A DNA stretch of 64,000 nt from Actinomycetota bacterium (lineage in GTDB: Bacteria; Actinomycetota; UBA4738; HRBIN12). Of the stretch, positions 1-10,643 are shown piece after piece. The translations under genes and the position numbers were made by a program. Position 1 is the first letter of the stretch. Each line of letters starts with the position of its first letter. The stretch is from assembly GCA_038249195.1 (NCBI GenBank), contig JBBRWM010000001.1, positions 75,489 to 139,488 of the forward strand, given 5' to 3'. The notes beneath the pieces are model-generated. The model saw only the letters and a list, made by a program, of their open reading frames with translations, did not search any database and was not told the origin of the DNA.

Positions 1-417
<417 letters not shown>

Positions 418-421
<4 letters not shown>

Positions 422-1476
422 GCGAGCCGCTGGGCGTCTCCTCGCAGGGTGTCGAGTCCCACGAAGCCGAACAGGATCCAGGTGTGGCCGCCGGCGTCCA
501 CCGGCAGGACCGAGGCGAGCGGACCGGCGAACGGCAGCAGGGCGGACGCCTCGGGAGGAAGCGGCGAATCCAACCGCAGCGCCACGCGGGTATCGAACCC
601 CGATCCGAACGTGCGGATGGTGGGGTCGGGGATCGCGTGCGCGTCGGCGGCCGGACGGCTCGGCACCTTCGGCGTCGAGATGGCGGCACCCGCGGGCGGC
701 GTGAACGTGAAGACCGACGGGTCGATGGGTGCATACGAGACCGAGGTGAAGCCCAGGTCGATCGACGGCTCCGTGGCTCCCTTCGCGGTGATCTGCAGGC
801 GCAGCGGCAGCCGGGTCTCGGCATCGATCGCCACCGCGATGGAGCCGATCAGCGTCCGCGGTGACGATGGCGTGAGGACGAGCTCGTACGCCGAGCGTCC
901 CGCGACCTTCTCGGTTCCGGACACCGTGGCGTCCGCATAGGGAGCCAACGCGGTGAGCGCCAGGGATGCGAGCTTCGTCGGATCGAACCCGTGTCCCCCG
1001 AGCGATGCGCCGCCGCTTCCGAACCAGGCGCCGCTCCCCGGAGCCGGGAACGGGAGGTCCGCGTACACGAGGCGCTCCGCACGCATCCCGCTGGAGTCCC
1101 AGTACCAGGCCTCCGTGTGGTTCGCCACGAGGGTCTGTTCTCCCAGGTCGAACAGGTGCGACACGCGGAGTCCGTCGGGCGAGCGCCAGACCTTGTAGCG
1201 CTGGGACCCCAGCAAGGCGCTCGCCGGACCGAACGCGCCACCGCCGAGGCCGGCGGGAAGCTCCGGCAGCCCGAGGTCGACCCGGGTCCTGATCTCCCCG
1301 GAGACGCAGACGGGGCCGGCCGACGCCGCCAGCGTGGAGGCGAGGAGCTCGCTGGGGGTAACGGCGGCGAGCTTCGGGTTGGGATCGGCCCGCACCACCG
1401 AGACGCCCACCACGCTCAGCACCACCGCGAGGACCGCGCCGAGGCCGATCATCCGCGTCCGGGTCCGCTGCGCCAT
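418..1476 (-). CDS. Membrane-anchored exported protein, LolA-like/DUF4367-type (hypothetical), in an operon with the ABC ATPase
   Basis: Minus ORF with ATG at 1476 (MAQRTRTRMIGLGAVLAVVLSVVGV, N-terminal TM/signal). About 350 aa, Ala/Gly/Pro-rich exported domain. The longer 473-aa ORF upstream extension looks like GC-rich junk. Confidence 0.55.
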
Positions 1477-1550
1477 GGTTCCCTTGTACCACTCCGAGCC
1501 CCCAACGGTGGAGCCTTTCCACCGCGTTGGCGCAGGTTCGTCACATCGGC

Positions 1551-1889
1551 CTAGGACGGATCCTGGGCCCCGCCACGGTGTCCGAGGAACAGGCCCGCGA
1601 CGAACTGCATCACGAGGAAGATCAAGAACGTGAGGGGATACCACCAGAACCGATCGCGGAAGTAGTCGGCGAAGGCCCGACCTTGCAGGTAGGCACCGCT
1701 GCCATTGGGGTCCTTCAGGGTGGCCGACAGGTACAGGGAACCCGCGAGCGAGAGCCACATCCCCACACGCCCCACCACGAACGCGGCGAACAGCAGGTGG
1801 TCGCGCGGATCGGAACTGTCGAACGGCCTGCGGATCCAATGCACGAGCGAGCGGATCGCCATCGCGATCAACGCTCCCGCGAGCACGAG
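1551..1889 (-). CDS. Small hydrophobic membrane protein (hypothetical)
   Basis: C-terminal 110 aa of the ORF 1551..2030 are strongly hydrophobic (LVLAGALIAMAIRSLVHW...FWWYPLTFLIFLVMQFVAGLF). Candidate GTG start near 1889, just after the PRTase stop. Start is uncertain. Confidence 0.35.
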   Translation of the reverse strand, partial: LVLAGALIAMAIRSLVHWIRRPFDSSDPRDHLLFAAFVVGRVGMWLSLAGSLYLSATLKDPNGSGAYLQGRAFADYFRDRFWWYPLTFLIFLVMQFVAGLFLGHRGGAQDPS

Positions 1890-1900
1890 CTCGGCGATCC

Positions 1901-2536
1901 TCAGGCGTCCTCCCGGGCGTGCTCGAGAGCGGCTATGACCTCGGCGTCCGAGACCTGGTCGAACCGTTCGTACCACTGGCCGACCGCTCGCAGGTCGGCT
2001 GGGGTCTCGAGGATCACCGCCCGGTCGCACTCGCCCTCCAGGCGTCGGCCGACGCTCGCGGGGCCGATGGGGGCGGCGAACCAGGTCTCGGACGCGCCGG
2101 CGGCGCGGGCCCGACGGAGGGCCGCGATCGCGGTGGCTCCGGTCGCGACGCCGTCGTCCGCGATCAGTACCTTCCGGCCGATCAGATCCGGCGCTTGGGA
2201 GCCGGCGCGATACGCGGCCTCGCGCCTCGCCACCTCGCGCGCCTGGCGTGCGATCTCCGCCTCGAGGTAGTCCGGGGTCACGCCCAACATCGCGATCGCC
2301 ACGTCGTCGATCACCCGAACCTCCGCGGCCACGGCCCCGATCGCGAGCTCCGGGTTGCCGGGGGCCCCGAGCTTGCGGGTCACCACGACGTCGAGCGGTA
2401 CGCCGAACGCGGCGGCCACCGGCGCCGCAACGATCACCCCTCCGCGAGGGATGCCGAGCACCACCTCGGGGGCTTCTGTAGAGGGGCGCAGCGCCGCGAC
2501 GAGCCGCTCGCCGGCCTCCTCGCGATCGCGGAACAT
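1901..2536 (-). CDS. Phosphoribosyltransferase family protein
   Basis: 211-aa ORF with a PRPP-binding motif (VLIADDGVATGATAIAA). Confidence 0.75.
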   Translation of the reverse strand: MFRDREEAGERLVAALRPSTEAPEVVLGIPRGGVIVAAPVAAAFGVPLDVVVTRKLGAPGNPELAIGAVAAEVRVIDDVAIAMLGVTPDYLEAEIARQAREVARREAAYRAGSQAPDLIGRKVLIADDGVATGATAIAALRRARAAGASETWFAAPIGPASVGRRLEGECDRAVILETPADLRAVGQWYERFDQVSDAEVIAALEHAREDA

Positions 2537-2557
2537 GGCCTTATGGTGCCACCGCCT

Positions 2558-2623
2558 GCGCGGTTTGCCCGCGCGGTTTGCCCGCGCGGTTTGCCCGGGC
2601 GGTTTGCCGGAGCGGTTTGCCCG
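2558..2623. repeat. Five tandem copies of a 13-bp unit (GCGCGGTTTGCCC-like) in the divergent promoter region between the PRTase and Lrp-like genes
   Basis: The sequence reads gcgcggtttgccc gcgcggtttgccc gcgcggtttgccc gggcggtttgcc ggagcggtttgccc. Confidence 0.85.
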
Positions 2624-2675
2624 GCCGAGCCTCCCGCGGCTAGCATGGGCGCCCTCGATCGAGCGGGAGGTCAGC

Positions 2676-2909
2676 GTGGTTCAGGCGTACATCCTCATCC
2701 AGACCGAAGTGGGCAAGGCGGCAGCGGTCGCCGACGCCGTTCGAGGGATCGCCGGGGTCACCGAGGCCGAGGACGTCACGGGGCCTTACGATGTGATCGT
2801 GCGCGCCGAGGCCAAGACGGTGGACGAGCTGGGCAAGCTCGTCGTCGCGCGCATCCAGGGCGTCGAGGGCATCACGCGCACGCTCACCTGCCCCGTGGTG
2901 CACCTCTAG
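2676..2909 (+). CDS. Lrp/AsnC-family ligand-binding (RAM) domain-only small protein
   Basis: A GGGAGG RBS is followed by GTG at 2676. The 77-aa product VVQAYILIQTEVGKAAAVADAVRGIAGVTEAEDVTGPYDVIVRAEAKTVDELGKLVVARIQGVEGITRTLTCPVV matches the AsnC C-terminal domain. Confidence 0.6.
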   Translation: MVQAYILIQTEVGKAAAVADAVRGIAGVTEAEDVTGPYDVIVRAEAKTVDELGKLVVARIQGVEGITRTLTCPVVHL

Positions 2910-2922
2910 GCGGGCGGGCCCC

Positions 2923-4044
2923 TCAGGCGTCGAGCTCGCGGACGCGCGCGTCCGCGGTGGACTCGGCGGCGTGGCGCTCGATCGCGAGCTCGAGGAGCCG
3001 CTCGATCAGGTCCGGATAAGGCATGCCGCTCGCCTCCCACAGCTTCGGGTACATCGAGATCGTCGTGAATCCGGGGATCGTGTTGATCTCGTTGATCCAC
3101 GGCGACCCGTCGGTGCCCAGGAAGAAGTCCACCCGCGCCATGCCGGAGCACTCCACCGCGCGGAACGCCGTCACCGCCATGCGCTGGATCTGCTCCGCCA
3201 GCGCGTCCGGAAGCGGTGCGGGGACGCGGAGCTCCGCGCCGGCGTCGTCCAGGTACTTTGCGGCATAGTCGTAGAACGCGTGTCCGCGGGGAACCACCTC
3301 GCCGCACACGGAGGCCACCGGGTCGTCGTTGCCGAGCACCGCGCACTCGATCTCCCGCGCGGGCTCCAGGGCGCGCTCCAGCAGCGCCTTGCGCGCGAAC
3401 CGGAACGCCTCGCCCAGCGCGGCGTCGAGCTCGGACGCGTCGGCCACCTTGGAGATCCCCACGGAGGACCCCAGGTTGGCGGGCTTCACGAAGACTGGGT
3501 ATCCGAGCGCGGCGGCGTGCGCGCCGATGCCCTCGGGGTCCTCCTCGAGGTCGGGCTCGCGCACGACCTCCCACGCAAGGACGGGCAGGCCCGCAGCCGC
3601 GAACAGGATCTTCTGGATCGCCTTGTCCATCCCGACGGCGGAGCCGAGTACGCCCGCGCCGACGTAGGGCACGCCCGCGAGCTCGAGCATCCCCTGGACG
3701 GCCCCGTCCTCACCCATCGGCCCGTGCAGGACGGGGAACACCACGTCGATCGGCTCACGGCTGCCATCGGCGGCGACGAGCTCCCCGGAGGCGCCCTCGC
3801 TCGCCAGCTCCACGGCGCGCCCGACCCCTTCGGTGACCTCGGGCAGGCGGCCGGACTCGGCCGGCAGCGCGGGCGGCCCCGCCAGCACGTGCCAGCGGCC
3901 CCGCTTCGTGATGCCGATCGGCACGACCTCGTTGCGCTCAGGATCGAGCGCGTCGATCACCGAGCGCGCGGATAGACAGGAGATCTCGTGCTCGGCGGAG
4001 CGGCCGCCGAACAGTACGGCCACCCGTCGCTTGGGGCCGCTCAC
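2923..4044 (-). CDS. ddl: D-alanine--D-alanine ligase
   Basis: VSGPKRRVAVLFGGRSAEHEISCLSARSV...HGPMGEDGAVQGMLELAGVPYVG...NEINTIPGFT. GTG at 4042-4044 overlaps the upstream stop. Confidence 0.85.
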   Translation of the reverse strand: MSGPKRRVAVLFGGRSAEHEISCLSARSVIDALDPERNEVVPIGITKRGRWHVLAGPPALPAESGRLPEVTEGVGRAVELASEGASGELVAADGSREPIDVVFPVLHGPMGEDGAVQGMLELAGVPYVGAGVLGSAVGMDKAIQKILFAAAGLPVLAWEVVREPDLEEDPEGIGAHAAALGYPVFVKPANLGSSVGISKVADASELDAALGEAFRFARKALLERALEPAREIECAVLGNDDPVASVCGEVVPRGHAFYDYAAKYLDDAGAELRVPAPLPDALAEQIQRMAVTAFRAVECSGMARVDFFLGTDGSPWINEINTIPGFTTISMYPKLWEASGMPYPDLIERLLELAIERHAAESTADARVRELDA

Positions 4045-5225
4045 ACGCGCTCCAGCGCTCGCGCGACGTCCTCGAGGAGGTCGTCGGCGTCCTCGATGCC
4101 CGCCGACACGCGCACGAGCCCATCGGCGATCCCCGCGGCGCGGCGAACCTCGGGGTCCATCTGCCGGTGGGTCGTCGAGGCGGCGTGTCCGACCAGCGTG
4201 TGCGTCCCGCCCAGGCTCGTGGCCACCCACGCCAACTCGAGGCCGTCGCAGAAGCGTTGACCGCCCTCCACGCCGCCCTCGACCTCTACGGCGAGCATGC
4301 CGCCGAACCCCCGGGCGCCGAACATCGCGACCGCCGTCTCGTGGTCGGGGTGTGACTCGAGGCCCGGGTACCAGACCCGCTCGACCTTCGGGTGCGCCTC
4401 GAGGAGCCTGGCGAGCGCCATCGCGTTCGTGCCGTGACGCTGCATCCGCAATCCGAGCGTCATGATGCCGCGCAGGCTGAGCCAGGCCTCGAACGGGGCC
4501 ATCGTCCCGCCGGTGTCCAGCGCGGTGTCGCGCAGGAGCTCGCGGCCCTCTGAGGTGGTACAGACCACCCCGCCGATCAGGTCGTGATGGCCGCCCACGT
4601 ATTTCGTGACCGAGTGCACCACGTGGTCGAACCCCATGCCCGCAGGGTTGCACAGGTACGGAGACGCGAACGTGTTGTCGACCACCGCCGGGATCCCGGC
4701 GTCTCGGCACACGGCACCGAGCTCGCTCAGATCCGCGACCCGCACGTTGGGGTTCGCGATGGTCTCGACGAAGAAGAACGCGGCTCCCGGCAACGCCGCG
4801 CGAACGGCGTCGAGGTCATGGACGTCGACGAACTCGACGGCCACGCCGAAGCGCGGCATCACCTTCGTGGCGATCGAATGCGTGCCGCCGTAGAGCGCGC
4901 CCGAGCACACCACGCGGTCGCCCGCCCTGGCGAGTCCCGTGAAGAGCGTGTGCACGCCCGCCATCCCCGAGGCGAATCCGAACGCGTCGTCCGTCCCCTC
5001 CAGGTCCGCCATCTGCGACTCGAACGCCTGCACGGTGGGGTTCCCGTAGCCCCGGCTATAGGTGTAGCCGGGCTTGCGGAACGCGATCGTCTCGGCGTAG
5101 TCCTCGGAGCTGTCGAAACGATAGGTGGAGGTCTGGTAGATCGGGACGCTGGGGACCTGCTGGTCGATGGGCGGCGCCACCCCGCCGTGCACGGCCCGCG
5201 TCGAGAACCATCGCCCCTTGGCCAT
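4041..5225 (-). CDS. Cys/Met-metabolism PLP-dependent enzyme (cystathionine gamma-synthase / O-acylhomoserine sulfhydrylase family)
   Basis: 394-aa ORF MAKGRWFSTRAVHGGV...SVTKYVGGHHDLIGG (PLP lysine motif). Confidence 0.8.
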   Translation of the reverse strand: MAKGRWFSTRAVHGGVAPPIDQQVPSVPIYQTSTYRFDSSEDYAETIAFRKPGYTYSRGYGNPTVQAFESQMADLEGTDDAFGFASGMAGVHTLFTGLARAGDRVVCSGALYGGTHSIATKVMPRFGVAVEFVDVHDLDAVRAALPGAAFFFVETIANPNVRVADLSELGAVCRDAGIPAVVDNTFASPYLCNPAGMGFDHVVHSVTKYVGGHHDLIGGVVCTTSEGRELLRDTALDTGGTMAPFEAWLSLRGIMTLGLRMQRHGTNAMALARLLEAHPKVERVWYPGLESHPDHETAVAMFGARGFGGMLAVEVEGGVEGGQRFCDGLELAWVATSLGGTHTLVGHAASTTHRQMDPEVRRAAGIADGLVRVSAGIEDADDLLEDVARALERV

Positions 5226-5238
5226 GATGCCGGCCAGC

Positions 5239-5916
5239 CTACCCCTCGACGGACCAGCGCTTCGGGTACCGGGCGCGAAGGTCCGCCACCAGCGAGGTGA
5301 GCGCCGTCATCAGCTCGGCGGTCATCGCCTCCACGGCATCGTGGTCGTCGAGTTCTCCCGCCCGTGCGGTGACGTCGAACGCACTCCCCACCCTCGACCA
5401 CACGGGCCTTCCGAACTTCAGGCTTCCCCGCCCCGCCTTCTGCCACACGGCCTGCGAGCCCCAGCTCGCGAGCGGTGCGATGGGCACGCCCGAGGCGAGC
5501 GAAAGGCGGATCGCGCCGGTCCTGCCCTCCATCGGCAGGTGATCGGGACGCCGGGTGACCGTTCCCTCGGGGTAGATCACGACGCATTCCCCCTGGTCAA
5601 GGGCATCGAGCGCCCGCCGCAACGGGGCCTCCCCGCCCGTTCCCCGACGAACGGGGATCTGCCCGGCGCCACGGAACACGGTCCCGATCACGGGGATCTT
5701 GAAGAGGTCGTCCTTCGCCAGGAACCGGGGCCGTCGACCCGCGCGCACCACCGCGTCGGCGTTCGTGAGCGGATCGAGGTAGGAGAGGTGGTTGCACGCA
5801 ACGATGGCGGGGCCGCGCACGGGGATCGCGTCCAGGTCTTCGTAGCGCAGCCGGAACCACGCGCGCACCGGCGGTAGCGCCACCGTCTTCGCGACCTGGT
5901 ACCAGGGCTCCGCCAC
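5239..5916 (-). CDS. plsC: 1-acyl-sn-glycerol-3-phosphate acyltransferase (lysophospholipid acyltransferase)
   Basis: HXXXXD motif (VACNHLSYLDP) and PEGTVT motif. Start chosen at GTG 5916 (VAEPWYQ). The longer Arg-rich extension to 6027 is unlikely. Confidence 0.7.
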   Translation of the reverse strand: MAEPWYQVAKTVALPPVRAWFRLRYEDLDAIPVRGPAIVACNHLSYLDPLTNADAVVRAGRRPRFLAKDDLFKIPVIGTVFRGAGQIPVRRGTGGEAPLRRALDALDQGECVVIYPEGTVTRRPDHLPMEGRTGAIRLSLASGVPIAPLASWGSQAVWQKAGRGSLKFGRPVWSRVGSAFDVTARAGELDDHDAVEAMTAELMTALTSLVADLRARYPKRWSVEG

Positions 5917-5996
5917 GGTTCGACCTCTCGTGGAACGCTCATGCTGCGCAGACAGGCCGTGAGGGTACCGCGAGACTCGACTACCCTTGCGACCTC

Positions 5997-6641
5997 GTGC
6001 GCGTGATCGCTCTGCCCGTGAAGTCATTGGCCGACGCCAAGTCCCGGCTCGGCCCCGTCCTGTCGCCGTTGGAACGGGGGGCGCTCACGCTCGCCATGCT
6101 CGAGGACGTGCTGGACGTCACGCTGGAGCTGCCCGGGTGGGACACCTGGGTCGTCTCGCCCGACGAGTCGGTGCTGGAGATCACGCTCGCGCGGGGCGCG
6201 CACGCCATCATCGAGGAGGAGCCCCCGCTCACGAACGCGATCCTCCAGGTGCAGGAGGAGGCGAAGGCGCGTTCGGTCGAGCACCTCGCGGTCTTGCTCG
6301 CGGACACGCCGCTCGTGACACCCGAGGCCCTGACGCGGGCCCTCCACACGCTCGGGCCGGTCGTCCTCGCGCCGTCCGTGGACGAGAGCGGCACGAACCT
6401 GCTCGTGCGCCGGCCCCCCGCGGTCATCGACGCTCGGTTCGGCCCGGACTCCTACCGCCGACACCTCGAGGCCGCCGCGGAGACCGACGTCCCCGCCTCC
6501 GTGGTATCGATCCCGGAGCTGGCCTTCGACCTGGACGTCCCCGGCGATATCCTCACGGTGCTGGAAGCCGATAAGCCCGGCAGGACCCGTGACGTGGTGC
6601 GGGAGATGGACATCGGGTCGCGGCTGCCGACGCGGGCCTGA
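5997..6641 (+). CDS. cofC: 2-phospho-L-lactate / phosphoenolpyruvate guanylyltransferase (F420 biosynthesis)
   Basis: MRVIALPVKSLADAKSRLGPVLSPLERGALTLAMLEDVL ... GTNLLV...ARFGPDSYRRH aligns block by block with FbiD/CofC. Confidence 0.75.
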   Translation: MRVIALPVKSLADAKSRLGPVLSPLERGALTLAMLEDVLDVTLELPGWDTWVVSPDESVLEITLARGAHAIIEEEPPLTNAILQVQEEAKARSVEHLAVLLADTPLVTPEALTRALHTLGPVVLAPSVDESGTNLLVRRPPAVIDARFGPDSYRRHLEAAAETDVPASVVSIPELAFDLDVPGDILTVLEADKPGRTRDVVREMDIGSRLPTRA

Positions 6642-6679
6642 GGTCCCGGCACGAAGACCCGCACACGTAAGGAGCAGCG

Positions 6680-6889
6680 ATGGCTCAGGGGACGATCAAG
6701 GACTACGAGGACGAGACCGGGACCGGCAGCCTGCTGCTGGAGGACGGGCGGGAGGTGGAGATCGATGCGACGTCGATCGGCGATGAGGCGATCCGCACGC
6801 TCCGGCTCGGCCAGCGCGTGAAGTTCGACCTGGTGGAGACCGATGAGGGACTGCTCGCGCGCGACCTGCGCATCGTGACCTTCGATTAG
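6680..6889 (+). CDS. Small cold-shock-domain-like protein (69 aa)
   Basis: RBS aaggag, then ATG. MAQGTIKDYEDETGTGSLLLEDGREVEIDATSIG...GQRVKFDLVETDEGLLARDLRIV follows the CSD beta-barrel pattern but lacks the canonical RNP motifs. Confidence 0.45.
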   Translation: MAQGTIKDYEDETGTGSLLLEDGREVEIDATSIGDEAIRTLRLGQRVKFDLVETDEGLLARDLRIVTFD

Positions 6890-6898
6890 CGCTGAGCG

Positions 6899-7192
6899 CT
6901 ACCGCTTCCTGCGCACGCCGAGCACCTGCTCGCGGAACTCCTTACCGGGCGTGAACGCCGGCAGGTCGCGGGCCGGCACCACGATGGGCACCGTCGGCTT
7001 GCGGGGGTTCCGGGCGACGCGTTCGTTGCGGTGGCGGCGCTCGAAGGTGCCGAAGTCCGCGAGCGTCACGCGCTCGCCGCTCACCACCGACTCGCGCACG
7101 GCGTCGATCGAGGCGTCCACCACCCGGGCAACGTCGGCCTTGCTGAGCCCCGTCCGCTTGGCCACCTCGGCGACCAGACCGCCCTTGTTCAT
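6899..7192 (-). CDS. hup: DNA-binding protein HU
   Basis: MNKGGLVAEVAKRTGLSKADVARVVDASIDAVRESVVSGERVTLADFGTFERRHRNERVARNPRKP...PAFTPGKEFREQV. Confidence 0.85.
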   Translation of the reverse strand: MNKGGLVAEVAKRTGLSKADVARVVDASIDAVRESVVSGERVTLADFGTFERRHRNERVARNPRKPTVPIVVPARDLPAFTPGKEFREQVLGVRRKR

Positions 7193-7449
7193 GGCTCGTC
7201 TCCCTCCGGCGCGTGCAAGCTTCCTTGCGGCCCACCGTATCCGGATGCATACGCGCGGGTCAAACCAGGCTCCGGGCCGAACGAGGGACGACGGGCGTCG
7301 GTCTCGGGCACGCGTTTGGCCAACGAGCGTTTCAGCCTGGCCGTCGACGTCGTGCTCGGCACGCCGGGGGGCACGGTGGCTTGTATGCTGAGCGTTGCGC
7401 TGGAGGCTTCGGTCACCCTCGATAGGCCGCTGACCTGCGTCGATAGCCT

Positions 7450-7520
7450 TGGCCCGTGGTGTAACGGTAGCACGGCTGATTCTGGATCAGTTAGTCTTGG
7501 TTCGAATCCAGGCGGGCCAG
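7450..7520 (+). tRNA. tRNA-Gln (anticodon CTG)
   Basis: Manual cloverleaf fold. Acceptor TGGCCCG/CGGGCCA, U8, D-loop with GG. Anticodon stem GCTGA/TCAGT with loop TTCTGGA (CTG at 7482-7484). T-arm CTTGG-TTCGAAT-CCAGG. CCA is not encoded. Confidence 0.75.
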
Positions 7521-7528
7521 CGAGCGCC

Positions 7529-9148
7529 TCATGAACCGGCGGAGGGGTGCGTGGGATCCGGGTCCAGGACGAGGGGCGGGATCGGTTCCTGGGTGAAGTC
7601 GAAGTCCCTGCGCAGGTCGCCGAGGATCGGGACGTCCTCCCGCACGGTGGGTCGCGCGTCCGGCCAGCCGTCCACCGACGGATCGATGCGATCGCCTGTG
7701 AGGAACCGGTCTTCGATCAGCTTCAGGTAGGCGTCGAAGGACAGGAGCTGGCTCGAGACACCGGGTCGCGCCCACGGGCTCACCATGATGTCCGGCACCC
7801 GCAGGCCCCACCCGTTCTCGTCCACGACGGGCGGTCGCACGTGATCGTAGAAACCGCCCCAGTCGTCCCACGTGATGAAGATGGCCGTGTGCCTCCACTG
7901 CTCGGGGGGGCCCTGCATCACCGCGTTCACCACCCGGGTGACCCACGCCTGCCCGGGCGCGATGCTGTCGGGGGGATGCTCGGCGAGCGAGGTGGTGGGC
8001 ATGACCCAGGAGACGGCCGGGAGGTTGCCGTCCTCCGCCGCCTGGAAGAACTCAGGGCTCGGTCGGATGTTGTCCAGCTGGCCGGTGGCGGCCACGCTCG
8101 TGAATCCCGGCAACGGGTTCTGGATCGGCGCGGTCTCGACCCCCGCGATATCCGCGCACGGCGGCATGATGCAGCTGCCCGGTCCCACGAAGTACGCCCA
8201 CTCGACGCCGTGCTTGTAGAGGAGCCACGTGATGTCTCCCCACACGTAGGGGCGGGGCGGCCCCATCGTCGGGTTCCAGGAATGGGCGTGGCGCTTCGCC
8301 ACGTTGCGCCCCGGCCACTGCGCGTCGGAGCTGCAGGTCATCGCGTCCAGGGGATCAGCACACGAGGCCGACCAGCCCGAGACCAGGAACAGGTGCGAGG
8401 GCAGGGTCCACGAGTCCACGGGCGCGAACATGTGGTCGTGCAGGGTGAAGCGCCGCGCGTAGGCCCAGTAGTTGGGGATCTCGTGGGCGGTGTGGTAGCC
8501 GACCACGTCGGGCTGCCCCTGGGGTCCGCGGTTGACCCGCGTGCACGCCGGCTCGCCCGGATGCTTCGTGCACCCGTTGCCCACGAGGCGATACGACCGC
8601 ACGAACCCGTCCATCCTTCCCCCGTTCACGTCGATCCTCGACGCCTCCTCGCCGTGCGGCCCGCCCCCGTCCACCTGGTTCGTGTCGTGATACGGACGGT
8701 CGCAGCCGCCCCTGGGATCGGGTAAACACGCGGCGGGCCTGCCGTCGCGCATCGGGATGCCGTCCGCGCCGGGGAAGGTGCCGAAGTAGTGATCGAACGA
8801 GCGATTCTCCTGCACGATGAAGATGAAATGGTTGATGTTGCGGATGCCCTTGGCCGGGACGACGGCGAGTGCGTCGTTGGGGGCGGCGGCGGGCTGGGGC
8901 GGTGACTCCAGGGGTCCCAGGTCCACGCCCGCGGGCGCGCCGGAGGGATCCACGGGGTACTGATCCGGGATGAGGAACGGGTCGGCCTCACGCGAGGGGT
9001 CCGGCTCGGGCGGGCCGGTGCTCGACGCGACCGGGAGCGGAACGATCGGGTTCGCCGATCCACCCGAGCACGCGACGCCGACGGCCCCGGCGGCCACGAG
9101 GACCGCGAGCAGCGCGAGCCTCGGGCGGGTTGTCATGCGACGCATCAT
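7529..9148 (-). CDS. Phosphoesterase-family protein (PF04185; phospholipase C / AcpA acid phosphatase-like), lipoprotein
   Basis: 539 aa. Signal plus lipobox ([14 protein letters not shown]). [25 protein letters not shown] is the family signature. Confidence 0.8.
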   Translation of the reverse strand: MMRRMTTRPRLALLAVLVAAGAVGVACSGGSANPIVPLPVASSTGPPEPDPSREADPFLIPDQYPVDPSGAPAGVDLGPLESPPQPAAAPNDALAVVPAKGIRNINHFIFIVQENRSFDHYFGTFPGADGIPMRDGRPAACLPDPRGGCDRPYHDTNQVDGGGPHGEEASRIDVNGGRMDGFVRSYRLVGNGCTKHPGEPACTRVNRGPQGQPDVVGYHTAHEIPNYWAYARRFTLHDHMFAPVDSWTLPSHLFLVSGWSASCADPLDAMTCSSDAQWPGRNVAKRHAHSWNPTMGPPRPYVWGDITWLLYKHGVEWAYFVGPGSCIMPPCADIAGVETAPIQNPLPGFTSVAATGQLDNIRPSPEFFQAAEDGNLPAVSWVMPTTSLAEHPPDSIAPGQAWVTRVVNAVMQGPPEQWRHTAIFITWDDWGGFYDHVRPPVVDENGWGLRVPDIMVSPWARPGVSSQLLSFDAYLKLIEDRFLTGDRIDPSVDGWPDARPTVREDVPILGDLRRDFDFTQEPIPPLVLDPDPTHPSAGS

Positions 9149-9169
9149 GCGCGCGAGGCCCCGCCGCGT

Positions 9170-10642
9170 CTAGGGAGACGGGTCGAGGATGAGCGGGGCG
9201 ATCGGCGTTCGGGTCCAGTCGAACTCCTTGCCGAGGTTGCCCAGGCGCGAGGCTCTTTCCCGCACGGTCGGACGCGCGTCGGGCCAGCCGTCCGTGCGGG
9301 GGTTGAGCCGCTGACCGCCCAGGAAGCGGTCCTCGATCAACTTGAGGTAGGCGTCGAACGACAACGTCTGATGGTCCACCCCGCCGCGGGCGAACGGGCT
9401 GATGAGGATCCCGGGCACGCGGATCCCGTAGCCGTTGTGATCGATCCTGATGGGTTTCACATGGTCGTAGAACCCACCCCAGTCGTCCCAGGTGAGGAAG
9501 ATCGCCGTGTGCAGGTACTGGTCGCTCGGGCCCTTCATCACGGCGTTCACCACCCGCGTGACCCAGGCCTGCCCGTTGCCGATGTAGTCGGGCGGGTGCT
9601 CGCTCTTGTGGGTCGTGGGCATCACCCACGAGACCGAGGGGAGGTTGCCCGCCGCCGCTGCGTTGAAGAACTTCGTGTTTGCCTGCACGTTCTGCAGCTG
9701 GTGATCGACGGCGACGGTCCTGAACCCGGGAAGCGGGTTCTGGACCACGGTCGTCTGAGGCCCGCCCCCGGCGTGACACGGCGCCACCACGCACGTACCC
9801 GGACCGACGTAGTAGGCCCAGCTCACACCGTGGGCGTTCAGGAGCCAGGTGATATCCGCCCAGGCGTACGGGCGCGGGAGCCCGTCCGTAGGGTTCCAGA
9901 TGCGGCCCGAATCCGCCACGTTGTGGCCGGGGAACTTGAGGTCCGAACGGCAGCTCATCCCGTTGAGCGGGTTCGAACACGTGGCCGACCAGGCGGAGAC
10001 GAGGTAGAGATGCGAGGGCAGCGTCCAGGAGTCCGAGGGCGCGAACATCCGGTCCTGGAGCAGGTAGCGCCTCGCGTAAGCCCAGTAGTTCGGGATCTCG
10101 TGCGCCGTGTGGAACCCCATGACGTCGGGCGTCCGGTTGGGTCCCAGGTGCGCCTTTCGGCAGGGGTAGTAGCGAGGGAACTTGGTGCACTTCGTGCCCA
10201 TCGCTCGGAGCGAGCGCACGTAGCCGTCCATCTTCCCGTGGTCGATCGAGATGGTCGAACCGATCTCGCCGTGCGGGCCGCCCTGATCGAACAGGTTCGT
10301 GTCGTGATACGGACGCCGGCACGCCTTGGCTGCGGGATCGGGGATGCACGGTTTGAATCGACCCTTGGGGGTGCGCGGGATCCCGTTGGCCCCCGGGAAG
10401 GTCCCGAAGTAGTGATCGAACGACCGGTTCTCTTGGACCACGAACACCACGTGGTCGATGTTGCCGATGCCGAGGCTCGGATCGATGGGGGCGGCGGGCG
10501 CCGCCACGGCCGTCACGGACGGACCGAGCGCCGTCGCGCCCAAGCCGGACAACGCGAGGAGGCCGACGAGCAGCGTCGCGGAGCGAGTGGCTCGGTGCGT
10601 CACGGCGGGGCGCCGCGGCGAAGGGCCGCCCGATCTCATCAC
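9170..10642 (-). CDS. Phosphoesterase-family protein (PF04185), paralog 2
   Basis: [25 protein letters not shown]. Start GTG/ATG at 10639-10642 just after the upstream stop. Confidence 0.8.
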   Translation of the reverse strand: MMRSGGPSPRRPAVTHRATRSATLLVGLLALSGLGATALGPSVTAVAAPAAPIDPSLGIGNIDHVVFVVQENRSFDHYFGTFPGANGIPRTPKGRFKPCIPDPAAKACRRPYHDTNLFDQGGPHGEIGSTISIDHGKMDGYVRSLRAMGTKCTKFPRYYPCRKAHLGPNRTPDVMGFHTAHEIPNYWAYARRYLLQDRMFAPSDSWTLPSHLYLVSAWSATCSNPLNGMSCRSDLKFPGHNVADSGRIWNPTDGLPRPYAWADITWLLNAHGVSWAYYVGPGTCVVAPCHAGGGPQTTVVQNPLPGFRTVAVDHQLQNVQANTKFFNAAAAGNLPSVSWVMPTTHKSEHPPDYIGNGQAWVTRVVNAVMKGPSDQYLHTAIFLTWDDWGGFYDHVKPIRIDHNGYGIRVPGILISPFARGGVDHQTLSFDAYLKLIEDRFLGGQRLNPRTDGWPDARPTVRERASRLGNLGKEFDWTRTPIAPLILDPSP

Positions 10643-10643
10643 G

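Noticed and set aside
2355-2909. 184-aa ORF as a full-length Lrp/AsnC regulator
   Set aside because: The N-terminal 107 aa are encoded by the 13-bp tandem repeats and promoter DNA (ARFARAVCPGGLPERFARP...). Only the RAM domain from GTG 2676 is credible.
1919-3019. 366-aa plus ORF and other long ORFs (2923..3574, 3216..3836, 3833..4465) over the PRTase/ddl region
   Set aside because: These are GC-rich shadow ORFs opposite or overlapping genes with strong homology signals (PRTase, Ddl).
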